The notes under the pieces: generated by a model | Told to the model about the DNA's origin: nothing | Databases searched by the model: none | What the model saw: the letters and a program-made list of their open reading frames with translations, nothing else | Shown: positions 21,882 to 33,500 of the stretch, piece by piece | How positions within the stretch are numbered: position 1 is the stretch's first letter | Layout of the letters: each line of letters opens with the position of its first letter | Position numbers and translations under genes: made by a program | Source: Schizochytrium sp. TIO01 | Lineage: Eukaryota > Protista > Bigyra: Labyrinthulomycetes | Assembly (NCBI GenBank): GCA_004764695.1 | Contig: SMSO01000025.1 | Coordinates: 3,782,001 to 3,846,000, forward strand | Direction of reading: 5' to 3' | DNA length: 64,000 nucleotides

Positions 21882-23540
21882 GTATGATATACGCAACCTT
21901 AGCTTTCCCGCTTCCCACGCGGATAAGGCTGGCCTTAGGCAGCATCAGCAGATGGTTAGTATCCTGAATTAAATATAATTTTTTTGACCTTACGCCGCTC
22001 AAGCTGCATCACTCAATACATTGGTACACCTCCCAGCCTTGGCATTAATTTGTGGCTGTATGAAGAAAGAAAGCCATCTTCAGCTCACGCGCACCAATTG
22101 TCACCGCAGAATCATTGAACAAAACGCACGTTCTGTAGACGATAGTCTGAAAACAAATATTCACTGCACATCGTATTTATTTTAGGCTACATGGCAGTCC
22201 AAGTAAGTTAAGTAGGTTTATTCATAGAATGGTCAACCCTGAATCACACATAACTTAGTTCTTTTAGAAATATAAAATGTCAAAGTTGTATTGTCATCAT
22301 AGTAGCAGCAGTAGACGCAATCTGCTTCTTCAAGGTCATGCCGACTTCGTGGAATCAATCAAGGGGCGACTCTGATGCAGAAGCGGAGCTTCACAAAGGT
22401 CCTTGCATCCAATTCCAAGTCACGGTTTTATTTCTCGGAAGATGGGGACCTTGCTCATGATACCAAGGGGATGGGGCGCTTTTGAATCGTGATTATTGAC
22501 AGAGCGTTATACCCATGTTGCGGGTCGTAGAATGATAAAAATTGCATAAGTTGACTACCACAACTCGTGGCAGCCTCCATGCATGCAATACATAGTTTCA
22601 TCCTTGCACGAAATCCAAGTTCGACGCACTATAGTATTGTGTTTGCTTACGTCGCCAGCAGAGATCGGCGGATGGTACAAAGGAGCAGCAAGTAATCAAT
22701 TTGTCCATGTCAATTCACTTAAAATTTTGACTTAGGGAAACGCCCGAGTCCTTGAAAAGTGTTGATCTCACCGATGCGTTGCATCTGCGTGAGAGGTTGT
22801 TTAGTACTGAGGCATAGCAGTTAAGGTCGTTCCAAGTAATAGAGTCTCAAACATTTTTCACAAGGTTGTAGAGGTAGAAAATATGGAGAACGGTCGTGCT
22901 TCTCATGTCTAGAATTTCTTGTAATGTGTATCATCATTTTCTTTTATCAACATGATATCAAATAGCATATCAAAATACATACAAATCTCAAAATTACATA
23001 TAAATAAACTCATAGGAAAGAAGAAACATGGATTCAAAACTTAAAGTGCTAAAAATTTGAACAAATACAGAAGCAATATGATGTCTGCAATAATACTATA
23101 TCGATTAGAAATGTTAAATTAAATTTTGTGATGAGCTATTGAGTGGAATCATCAATAACCAAGAATCCAAAAACATAGAAACAAGATGTTTCCATCCCTT
23201 TCGCCATGACACAGATCACACAAGAACCCACACAGGCCCATTCGGCAAAGATTGAGAAGAACAATGCCAAGTCGATTAGGGAAGTCTCAAAACAAAAGTA
23301 TGTTTTAAAATATATCAGGCGTGACAGTAATTAGAAAACATGAAAATGATGTATCAATAAAATTGCTTGGGTGGTTGTATGAAAGAGGCGTCCTTTGCTT
23401 CGAAGAATGCCGGGCAGAAAAAGCAAAACCAAAGAATTCAGAAGGCAAGATTGCCCCTCCTTCTACACTACAGTATTATGCGTCTCAACAGCACACGTGC
23501 AACCTCATCATGCCCTTCGGTTTGAAGATCTGTGGATAAT

Positions 23541-25246
23541 TTAGTAGGCACCAACGAGGCGGAGGAAAGGTGTAGCCTGCTTAAGCTTTTCCAGCGAAGC
23601 CTGCAAGGCCTCGTAGTTAAGCTGCTTGCTCTCAATCTCGCAGAAGAAGGCAAAGTCAGAAGCAGCACCAGCCGGCTGCGGCATGCTCTCGAGGCAGGAC
23701 AGGTTGACAGCATCCAGGGCCTTGAGAGCCTCCACAAGAGATCCAGGGCGGTGGGCAACTCCGAAGAAGGCCACCACGTGAGACTTGCCCTCACTGAGCG
23801 TAGACTCAACAGGACTGATGACATAGTAGCGATTCCACCTGGACTCATCCTCGGGATCTACAAAGTGAACAAGACCGCATACCTTCAGGTTCGAAGCAAG
23901 CAGTGCGCGCTGAGTCTCCTTGCAAAATCCAGTGGAAGATCGCTGAATGGGCACGAGTCCAAAGCCGACTTGGTTACGGGCTACTGCGAGGAATGCATCC
24001 TCGATGCTGGAGCAAGACTTAAAATCGTCCTCCTTGACGTCAACGAATCGAGTGCGGGCAGCTGCGCGGGCAAGATCGTCATCAGAGCTGACAATAGCCA
24101 CTGCGGGACGGTCCAAACGCTGCAAAAGGTAGTCTACTTGCACATCCTTGTTGAGAGGAATGAGATAGTTGCGGTAGAGACGTGCGATGACGTCAGGGTC
24201 AACCTTGTAGCCCATTTCTTCGGAAGATGCACCGTCCGTACCGTAGCGAGAGGCCTTAGTGCGAACGCGCTCAACAACAGCATCCTCAACAGTGATGTTC
24301 GTGAGAGCGTCCATGATTCCTTCAGCGTCGTTGGCCTCGATCATCTTTGTGAAACGCTCGCGCTCAGCCTGAAACTTGGCCTCTGCAACGAACTTACCAT
24401 AGTGGATGCGCTTAGAGAGAGCCTGAAGTACGGCAATGTCACAGGTACAGGTAGAGCCATACTCGCCATCATCATCGACGTCACCGGTGGCGCAAAGCTC
24501 ATCAAGGATTTTGGACACGTAGACATTGCTCACCTCCTTGTTGATGTTGATCATGTTCGGCTTGAGTGGACTCTTCTTCGTGCTGGCAGTGACAATGCTC
24601 TTGGGCAAAAGGTCACCGAAGAAAGCATTCTCATCAGGACTGTTGTAGCGTCCGAGCTTGGCATGCAGAGTCTCAGTCTCCACGAGGAAGTGTTCCATGA
24701 AGCAGAGGTCTTGGGCAAGAGGTGTGGCACCCTGGGCCATCACACGGGCACGAAGAACCTCAGACTCGCCCTTCTCATAGCATACGCGGTTACGTGCAAA
24801 CTGCGAACGCTCGATAAGCGCAAAGATAATGGTCTCCTCCTGGCGGATGAGAGCACCGCGGATGTCCGCGAGCTGTTAACATTTAAATAAATTCAACATC
24901 CGTCACCACCATTATGAACGAAGTGCAACCATCGTTCATCGGTTCGTTCGTCGCGAAAATACAAGTATTCGTTAGTCCAAAGAGATTGCCAAAGAAACCA
25001 TATTTGACACGCAAGCCTCCGAGAGTCATCAGCAAAACTAAAGAATTTATCTCGGTGCTTTGCATAGATAATCACCAAGCTACATCACCAACATCCTAAA
25101 GGTCTCCATGATTTCAGCTTCTCACACCGAAGCCGCCGCTTTGAACCCTCACGACTTTCGAAGTGTGATCTGCGTGAAAATGGACAACACAAGCAACCTG
25201 GTTAGCTTCGATTGAGCTAGCTTACCTTGAGCGGGAGCGTCTCCAT
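23541..25246 (-). CDS. Eukaryote-type (Aro7-like) chorismate mutase fused to a truncated prephenate dehydratase-like domain and an ACT domain; exons 25246-25226 and 24872-23541; 450 aa
   Basis: A 21-nt exon METLPLK|GTAAGC...AACAG| joins LADIRGALIRQEETIIFALIERSQF. Also RYNSPDENAFF, LQALSKRIHYGKFVAEAKF and LIPLNKDVQVDYLLQRLD (CM hallmarks). Then SIEDAFLAVARNQVGFGLVPIQRS (PDT N-lobe) and HRPGSLVEALKAL..NLSCLESMP...LRLVGAY (PheA-type ACT). Confidence 0.92.
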
Positions 25247-25433
25247 TGTGCACAAGAGTCTTGATTCTCCAATCGTGCTCTGCTCTACCCTGCCTGTCTC
25301 AGTACTCGCTTCTTCATCCACTCACAGATCAATCTCCATATTGAGCAAACTTAGTACTACTACCTATAGCCACATAAGGATATCTATTGTAACCAATAGC
25401 ATAGAAACCTGGCCTTATCTACCTATCCAACTG

Positions 25434-25467
<34 letters not shown>
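25434..25467. repeat. (CTA)n microsatellite about 190 bp upstream of the chorismate mutase start
   Basis: Directly visible run of about 11 CTA units. Confidence 0.9.
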
Positions 25468-25471
<4 letters not shown>

Positions 25472-26549
25472 TACTACCCTAAAGTACCGTGTTGACAAGG
25501 GAGATGAAAGTTCAATAATTATAGCATTTCGGTTCTCATTTCATCATAATTAAATGTTATTTACTTTGCTGGTGGAGTCCATCATGAACTAAAGTCTTGC
25601 TTGGGATATTAGCAAGGCTCAATTATTCAATGTTGCATACTGGCTATCTCGGTCGTCGTGTCTCCTGAGGCGAGCACAGGCTCTGTCGGCGAACATTGCC
25701 GGAAGGATGATTATTGATAGATTGATAGCTACCCAGGTAGGGACCATTAGTGATACTATTAGAAGTAAAAAGGGTGTGCTACCAGCTCTGGCAAGGTTGA
25801 GGTTGGCTACAGAAGGAGGAAATGAAAGTCTCATACTTCCCGATCTACCTGAAGCCAGTACCCAAAATTATAATGTCTGCTTTCCAAAAAGGAAAGGGTG
25901 TGGGCAGCATTACCATGGCAGGTCCCTGCATACCTAATACTGATATGAGCTTCTACACTCTCAATCCTTTGACCAATGACTCAAAACATGGCGCTTTACC
26001 ACTACTATAGAATGAGAATGAGTAGGTGCATGTACGTGGTTAAAATTCAACCGAGATTTTGAATTCTAGATAGAGTCAAGCAATAAGCCCTCAAATTCTA
26101 TTTGAGGTCCATCCCATACTATGTATGCAGGTTATTTTATTAGATTGGCAGAAGTTAGAGCAAGGTCCCCGACTCTGTATTCGAGTAACAAGTTTGATAA
26201 TACCAGCGGAAGTGGTCTGATTTGTTAGAGTATTAAATGTGAAAGATTTAACTTGCTTCTAGCATGGTCAATCAAGCGTGCGCTCAAAGAAAACCTACCT
26301 CGCATTATGTGTCACTGCACCTGTAACGCAGCATCATGCTTTGATTGATGCCATTCCTAAATGAAGTTCTAAAAGCAAAGGAAATAGTTTGGAGTTTATT
26401 TCATTTTTATAAAGATTGTACCGGGCCTATGCTAGCAAGGTGCACAATAGTACCTGACATGTCCAAGACACGATGCGTGATAACGTGCTAGGAAGGCACT
26501 GCCAGCGGATCTTCTAGCCTCTGTTTTGTAAAAATAAAGTAGAGGCCTC

Positions 26550-29500
26550 CTAATTTTCTTCTAGACTGAGGTTCCCAAACATGTCAGCATCCAGATCTTC
26601 CTCGTCTAGATTTTGGCTTGCATTGTCTCTAGGAGAAGTAGAATCTACGATACTTTCCCCGTTTGTTTGCACAGTTTTTGGTGTGTCAACTGCTTTATTC
26701 GTTCTTTCAGGAGCAACGTATTTTTCAGACGTCTTAGTTTTATTGTTGGCGATTGGAGATGTCAAAAAAGGAATTTTACTTTGGGCTAATGGGGTTGGGG
26801 TCGACATCCCAAAATCAATGCTAGCCATGATGGCATCTACTTCTTCCTTACTCTCAAGTATACTCAAATATGGGGGGGCAAAAGCTTCGCTCTTTTCTAC
26901 TTTATCTGGCTCACCAGACACCAGATTGGGATCATTGGTAAATGCAATCGGTCTTGTCGTATTAATATCAGAGTCAGAGCCACCAATTTCATCATCCTCA
27001 GGTATACAAAATTCTGAAGAACTATTATCCCCATTGCTTATGATATATTTAGTGTGCCTACCAGCCGGGGAAGCTGCAAATGGGAGTTTGTTTTTGGCGA
27101 GCGGGGTTGGTGTTGTCACACCAAAATCAATACTCTCCATGATAGCATCCACAGTATCTCCGTCCTCATCCTCAAAAATGCTCAAAAAAGGAGCATTGTC
27201 AGAATTTTGATGGATCGTTGGCAAATTTACATGCGCAGGAGAACCAGGGAATGCAAATGTACTTTGAGCAAGTGGAGTTGGTGTGCTCATTCCAAAATCA
27301 ATACCTTCCATTATTGCATCTACATCAGCGTCATTGTTTGTAAACGAATCAAGATATAACGGCTCAGGTATATCATCCGGTTTTTCTTGACTGCTATTCT
27401 CTTCATTAAGGCATGCATTGATATCTAACTTGTTTTCTGACAAGCCTTTTTGAGAACTCTGAGCGCTATTCAATTTAGGCTTCGAAAGATACTTCTCAGC
27501 AAATTCGATCTCAGTCATTGCTTTGACTTGATCCTTGCTCCCGGTTTCGTTAAATGGTGTTACTTCATTTGAAGGATCGTCGGTCGTCCCCATAGCGCAG
27601 ATAACTTCCCAATCTTGATTCTGATTAATGTCTTCATCCGATTCAATTGCATTGGTTTTTAGATTTATCGACAAAGTTACATTAGAGTCCGTAGAAGCTA
27701 GGAGAGTGTGGCTTGTTGAAAGAAGCGGAGCTTCATGAACTTTCGCGAGAGTATCCACATGAGGGAGTCGAACCTCCTGTAAAGGGAATGCTTTTTTAAT
27801 AGCCGACGAATCGATACCATCTAGCATCCGAGGGGTTGTAGAACTAGACAGATCCTCCTCAATATGAACAATTTCATCAATCTCTGCATCCACAGAATAG
27901 TTTTGACCCATAAAATTATCTAAGTGAGCAATCTTCTCTACCGAGTCATGAGATGCATTGCTGAAACGTCGGACAGGCTGACCGGGCACGATAGGTTCTA
28001 TTTTATGTTTAACCACAGAGTCATTTTTACCTGGACTTGTTGGGTCTAACGCCGAATCGACATCCTCCCAGTCATCCTCAAACATACAAAGACTTTGTTG
28101 CTGTGATTCTCGAGACAGTGTGCAATCTAAATCAATCTCATCAAACAGTTGATTATCGCCATTACTTTCCTCCGACTTTGTCGAATTCGTTTGTAATTGA
28201 CTGCCCGGTGAAGCTTGCTCTGTGGTAAAATCCACCACCCATTTTCTGTTTACCAGCTCGGAAGACATATGATTCCCTTGAGTACTCACAAAAGCTTCTG
28301 TAGCTGTATTGTTTGCCATTTTTTGACTTAATTGGTTCTCATCAAGGCTATCCTTGGCTTCCGCATGTTGCATAATAGATGTAGAGGCCTCTGGGACGTC
28401 GCCCGTAGTCCCAGCCAGCGCCGTTTGTTGACTTCGACCCTCCTTGGGAGCATGCAGCGGTAAGCTACTTTCAAGTGTAGATGATCGAGAAGAGTGAACG
28501 CAACTACCGGAATTGAATAGTTCTTGAAGTTCTACGGGGAGCCCGGCAATCTCTTCCGCCCTCTCTTGCGCTTTTCGTTTATCCTTTTTGACTTGTAAGT
28601 CTTTGTTTTGTAGTTCTAAGCGGCGATTGAAGGAAGCATGACTCTTTATGATAAACTCAGTACGCTGATCATATAGTTGCGACATCTTTTCTACACGGTA
28701 AGCATCAGCGTTTAGACTTGCCTCATAACGAGCTTGTGCAGCTGCTGTTTCAATCGCAGCAGCAATTTGTTTCTGCTTCCTGCTTTTCATAGATTTTTTA
28801 GAAATGACAGACACTTTTTTATTCCCTGCACGTCGTTTTGTTGGCAGTTTCTTAGAAGTTTTGGTTGATAACTTTGTAGATCCCATTTGAGATGTAGAGT
28901 TTCGATCTCGTGCTTTCGGCGGAGCTGACCGAGGTCTTCGGCGAGTATTTGCCATCTCCATGACGAAAACTGGTTGGTTAGGGATAACTTGGGATGATCT
29001 CTTAACCTTGAGATCGCGAAACGCTTCTAGAATAGTTGCGTCATGCCCCCAGCATTCTAGTCGATGATGCCGAGGGGAATCAGTTCCACGTCCATTATCT
29101 TCATACGATTCAGCAATTTGGATGCCTCGGATATTGCGAAGCTTCGTCCGTGGTGTAATAGGGAGAGAGTCTAGGGAAAGAAGCAAAGTCATTGTTTCAT
29201 CAAAAACTTCCTCTAGATCACACGCCTCGTATAGCCTTCGAGATTTTTCATATGCTGTTGGATTCACATGTTGGTGAAGAATAGGAATTCGGTGAATGGT
29301 GGGGCCTTTCCTGCCACTAGAATATGGTCTTTGTCGTTGATTATGTTCAACAAAACCTTGTTCTTTAGAGTCTATGTGCTCCTTTTTCTTGTGTTCAGAG
29401 CTTTGTTTGGGCTTGGTTGTGGAGAAGTTAATCTCTGGTGACGCTTTTCGCTTCTTGGGTTTTTGGCGTGCAGCACTACTGCACTTTCCATCATGGAGAG

Positions 29501-29666
29501 TTTTTTTTAAAGTAATTGCTGACTTTGCAGGAGCTGTGCTTGTTGTTTCGTAGACCGCCATAAGAGTTGAATCTTCAGCTTGCACATCTGAGCGTTGAAG
29601 ATCCTCGAGCCAAGCTCTGGCTCGCAGCAGAGACATAGGATGGCCAACAGCAGCTTTGGCCACCAT
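26550..29666 (-). CDS. Hypothetical, largely disordered protein with basic N-half, short coiled coil, acidic C-half and three ~40-aa repeats; 1038 aa
   Basis: 3.1-kb uninterrupted ORF from ATG. Repeated motif VDAIMxxIDFGxxTPTPLA occurs three times. No family recognised. Confidence 0.8.
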   Translation of the reverse strand: MVAKAAVGHPMSLLRARAWLEDLQRSDVQAEDSTLMAVYETTSTAPAKSAITLKKTLHDGKCSSAARQKPKKRKASPEINFSTTKPKQSSEHKKKEHIDSKEQGFVEHNQRQRPYSSGRKGPTIHRIPILHQHVNPTAYEKSRRLYEACDLEEVFDETMTLLLSLDSLPITPRTKLRNIRGIQIAESYEDNGRGTDSPRHHRLECWGHDATILEAFRDLKVKRSSQVIPNQPVFVMEMANTRRRPRSAPPKARDRNSTSQMGSTKLSTKTSKKLPTKRRAGNKKVSVISKKSMKSRKQKQIAAAIETAAAQARYEASLNADAYRVEKMSQLYDQRTEFIIKSHASFNRRLELQNKDLQVKKDKRKAQERAEEIAGLPVELQELFNSGSCVHSSRSSTLESSLPLHAPKEGRSQQTALAGTTGDVPEASTSIMQHAEAKDSLDENQLSQKMANNTATEAFVSTQGNHMSSELVNRKWVVDFTTEQASPGSQLQTNSTKSEESNGDNQLFDEIDLDCTLSRESQQQSLCMFEDDWEDVDSALDPTSPGKNDSVVKHKIEPIVPGQPVRRFSNASHDSVEKIAHLDNFMGQNYSVDAEIDEIVHIEEDLSSSTTPRMLDGIDSSAIKKAFPLQEVRLPHVDTLAKVHEAPLLSTSHTLLASTDSNVTLSINLKTNAIESDEDINQNQDWEVICAMGTTDDPSNEVTPFNETGSKDQVKAMTEIEFAEKYLSKPKLNSAQSSQKGLSENKLDINACLNEENSSQEKPDDIPEPLYLDSFTNNDADVDAIMEGIDFGMSTPTPLAQSTFAFPGSPAHVNLPTIHQNSDNAPFLSIFEDEDGDTVDAIMESIDFGVTTPTPLAKNKLPFAASPAGRHTKYIISNGDNSSSEFCIPEDDEIGGSDSDINTTRPIAFTNDPNLVSGEPDKVEKSEAFAPPYLSILESKEEVDAIMASIDFGMSTPTPLAQSKIPFLTSPIANNKTKTSEKYVAPERTNKAVDTPKTVQTNGESIVDSTSPRDNASQNLDEEDLDADMFGNLSLEEN

Positions 29667-30172
29667 TGTGCGTGGATTTGCTCAGGCCAGTCAATCCGAG
29701 GCTTTTACAATGAGATATGCAAGTCTTCGATACACCCAGATTGAATATCTTGCAAAATGACTTGCTTGGGCCATTCACAGTGCTCTCCTTTGACTCAACT
29801 ATCTATTGAAGAAGCTTTGTGCATCGCCGCGCGACCGAAGTTATAAGTTCACATTCTCGTAAGAAGGGTGTGTACTACTACTATCACTGCTAGTGGTACT
29901 CAAGGGATTGTCATTTTTGACGACCTTTTCTTAAAACACAAAGTCTCCCTTGTTCTTGTGGATATGTTAGGGCAGATACAAAAAACAAAACAAAAACAAA
30001 AACATTATAATGTTTTCAATTCTATCACTAACGCAACGTGTATGAACAACAAACACGAAGAGAGAAGCATATATTCATGGCCTATCGCGGATCCGTATTC
30101 TACAATTTGTAATTTGGAGGAAAGGTTTCAGGTATCCCTATGGGTACCAAGTCGATTTGCACATTACAGTGT

Positions 30173-30464
30173 TTATTCAAAGGTGAAGAAGGTTTCACTA
30201 TCTTGAGAAGGAGGGGGCAGAAACTCACAACGAATCATACAATCCATTGCAACTTGGCTCAAGACCTCTCGAGGTGGATAATTCACATCAATCAGAGGGT
30301 CTACTGCAAATCTGACACGACAACTTGGCTCCATCGCACCTGCGTCTGCAGCAAACATCGGGAGAAGAGGATGAAGAGCATTTGCGGGCTCATCCTTATC
30401 CAGCACTGCAGCTAATTGACGTCGGGATGGCGGTGCTGCATTTGACGACTTTGACGAAACTGCT

Positions 30465-30495
<31 letters not shown>

Positions 30496-30539
30496 TAGGG
30501 CCAGATTCTGCACGTTTCAAAAGATGCTGCTGCTGCTGC

Positions 30540-30587
<48 letters not shown>

Positions 30588-33500
30588 TGCTGGGATGGAT
30601 CTTTAGCCTGCCGCAGAGTCTGTCCTAACAACGAGGCTCGTGGCTCTAACATTGGAACGGATGTAGAAGTCTGGAAAACAGAGACAGGCTTAGAGGCCAG
30701 AGAAGACGATGACGCTGTGGTAAACGGAGCTTGGCCACTTACGCTATCAGGATATGACTCGTCATCTGATGACGAGGAGGAGGATGAAGAGGATGTCGAG
30801 GTAGCTGACACGGCACGAGCTGGGTGGTCGAGGGGGCCACTTAAGTCACCCTCGGCATGCTCTCCAGGAGGCTTTTGCGTAGCAACACCTTTAGATTCAG
30901 AATCACGCACATTTGCTCCAACAGCTGTCTGCTCCTTGACAGCACGAAGCAAGCGTCCTCGCCAATCTACATAGGGAATCAGCTCACAATTAAAACCTGT
31001 GGAAGATACCCAGTCAAAGTACTCAGGAAGGTACCATGGGTCGGGATGACACATGTTGAAAGCGCGTCCCTCAACTTGCGAATGGGCCTCCGGAAGGGTC
31101 AACAACTTTATCATCGCGCGACATACAAAGTCCACCGGATTCATATCCATTACCCAATCTAAAACAGGCGCTGCTTGAAGCTGTAGGCAGCCCTTGAGGA
31201 AGAGACACATAAAATCGCCAAAACTTGCCATACCAGTGACAGAATGACCAGTAATGCGACCAGGTCTAAAAATGCATGTAGGAAGACCGCGATTTTGAGC
31301 TTCACGAACAAGATGCTCTGCAACCCATTTGGTTTGTGCATAGCCTTCAAGAAGGTGAAGGTCTTTACTGTCTGGGAGGGGGGCATCCTCGGCAAACTCA
31401 ACAATCTCTTTATTTTCTGGGCTTGTTTTAGACTCACCATCTGCACCATGAGGAGGTGCAAAAACAGACAGAGTCGAGACATGTAGCATATTAATGCGCC
31501 TGTCCTTTCGCGCGCATGCCAAACGAAGAACCTCCTGAGTACCACCAACGTTGACCGCGCGCAGACGTTTGTAGGGGAAGAGCGAGTGAACATAAGCTCC
31601 AGCATGGACAATCACATCTAGCTCTTGCGCTATTCTCTCAAAATCGTGCTTTGGCATTCCGAAGCGTTCCATCCCAAGATCTCCACGAAGCACCAAAATA
31701 CGCTGTTGTTGCTGAGTTTGCTGCTGCTGAGGCGTCTGAGTTTGCTGCTGCTGTTGTTGTTGAGATTGGAATGATTGTTGAGACTGAGTTTGTAAAGATT
31801 GCTGCTGCTGCGAAACAACGTCCCCAGCACTTGACCAATCCAAGTGAGAATCTTCAAAAGTGCCTATACTAGGCATGGTGTCTTCAGTGTAAAGATTGAA
31901 CTTCAGAAAGATCTCTCGAAGTTTCCCAAGTGCTTTTGATGCACTATCTGCCCTAACTAGGCAAACGATTGTAAGCTCAGGACGGCTTTCAGCCAAGGTT
32001 TCCAAAATTTGATGCACAAGGAACGCACCGAGGAAACCTGTCGCACCAGTCACAAAGATGCGTGACCACGTGTCAGGCAAACTCTTATCAAGAACACTAC
32101 CTTCTTGTGGGCGGATGTCTTGATCAAGAATGCATTCAACCTCTGGGTCAAATCCAAGAGGATAATCCACATCAGGGGTTGGCGCGGTGTTCGCTCGTCC
32201 GGCAGAATCTCCACCTTCAGTGCGCGCCGCAACAGCAGCGGCCATACCTTCAATAGATGGGTCAGCGAAAAAGACTGAAATCGGCAGGTCTACACCAAGG
32301 TTCTCTTGGACCATCGCAAGCAGCTGTGTAGCTGCAAGAGAATGCCCACCAAGATCGAAAAAGTTATCATGGATACTAATTGACTGTAAACCCAGCGTTT
32401 CTTTCCACAGGTCTGCGATAACAACTTCCTCCATGGACCTTGGCGCAACAAGAGCTCGAAGTGCTTGGCCATGTGCATCATGGGCACTTTCTGTAGGGGG
32501 TGGTAGGGCCCGACGATCAATCTTACCATTTGCTGTTAATGGTAGTTCGTCCATGAAAACCCATGCAACAGGAACCATATATGAAGGAAGTTTGTCCTTC
32601 ACCAAACTCTGTAAAGCGTGGATTCGCTCTACTTCACCATAGGTATCTTCTTCAGATTCTGAAGAAATAACAACGTAAGCACATAGTCGCTGCTGACCAG
32701 GCACATCCTCTCGTGCAACGACACACGCTTCAAGAACACTAGGATGCTGCTTAAGAACTGATTCAATCTCGCCTAATTCCACGCGCATGCCGCGGATTTT
32801 GACCTGAAAGTCAACACGACCTATGAACTCGATATTGCCGTCGCGTTGAAAGCGCACACGATCTCCAGTACGATAGAGCTTAGAACCCTTCAGATAGGCC
32901 AGTTCAGGTGTGTGCTCTACAATAGCAGCTATTGATTGAGGAAAATCAATGAATCGATCTCGCGTAAGCTCAGGACGGCCAAAGTAGCCGCGCGCAAGGC
33001 CAGGTCCTGCAATGCAGAGTTCTCCCGCGACCAGGGCGGGGACTGGCTCAAGGAACTCGTCAAGAACGAAAGCTGCAAAGTTATCAAGTGGTTTTCCAAT
33101 GCATGGGGCCAGAACAGCCTTTTGGTTCTGTAGTCCCTTGGTCGATAGAAGGAGTGAGTTTGTGACAAAATAGGTACACATAATTGTACCTTCCGATGGC
33201 CCATAATGGTTATCCAGACGAAAAGGCACAGTGGAAAGGACATCACGAGGTACGTGCAGTTTATCACCACCACCGTACACAACGCGAAGGCTTGATGGCC
33301 ACTGCTGTGAAGTTGATGACTTTGTACGTAGAAAGACCTCTAGAAGCGGGGTGGGGAGCAAAGAGACCGTGATGCGGTCATTATGAAGACATGTGCGCAA
33401 TGCATGAAGATCCTTCTTTTGCTCATCCTCAACAAAGTGCACGGAGGCGCCCACTGAGAGGAAAGGCCAGATCTCAAGACCAACAGGGTCAAAGGCTGAG

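Noticed and set aside
23532-24890. 452-aa plus-strand ORF
   Set aside because: Antisense shadow of the codon-biased chorismate mutase gene; GTG start and no recognisable motifs.
26581-27210. 209-aa hydrophobic plus-strand ORF
   Set aside because: Antisense to the acidic tail of the 1038-aa protein; the apparent TM character is a reverse-frame artefact.
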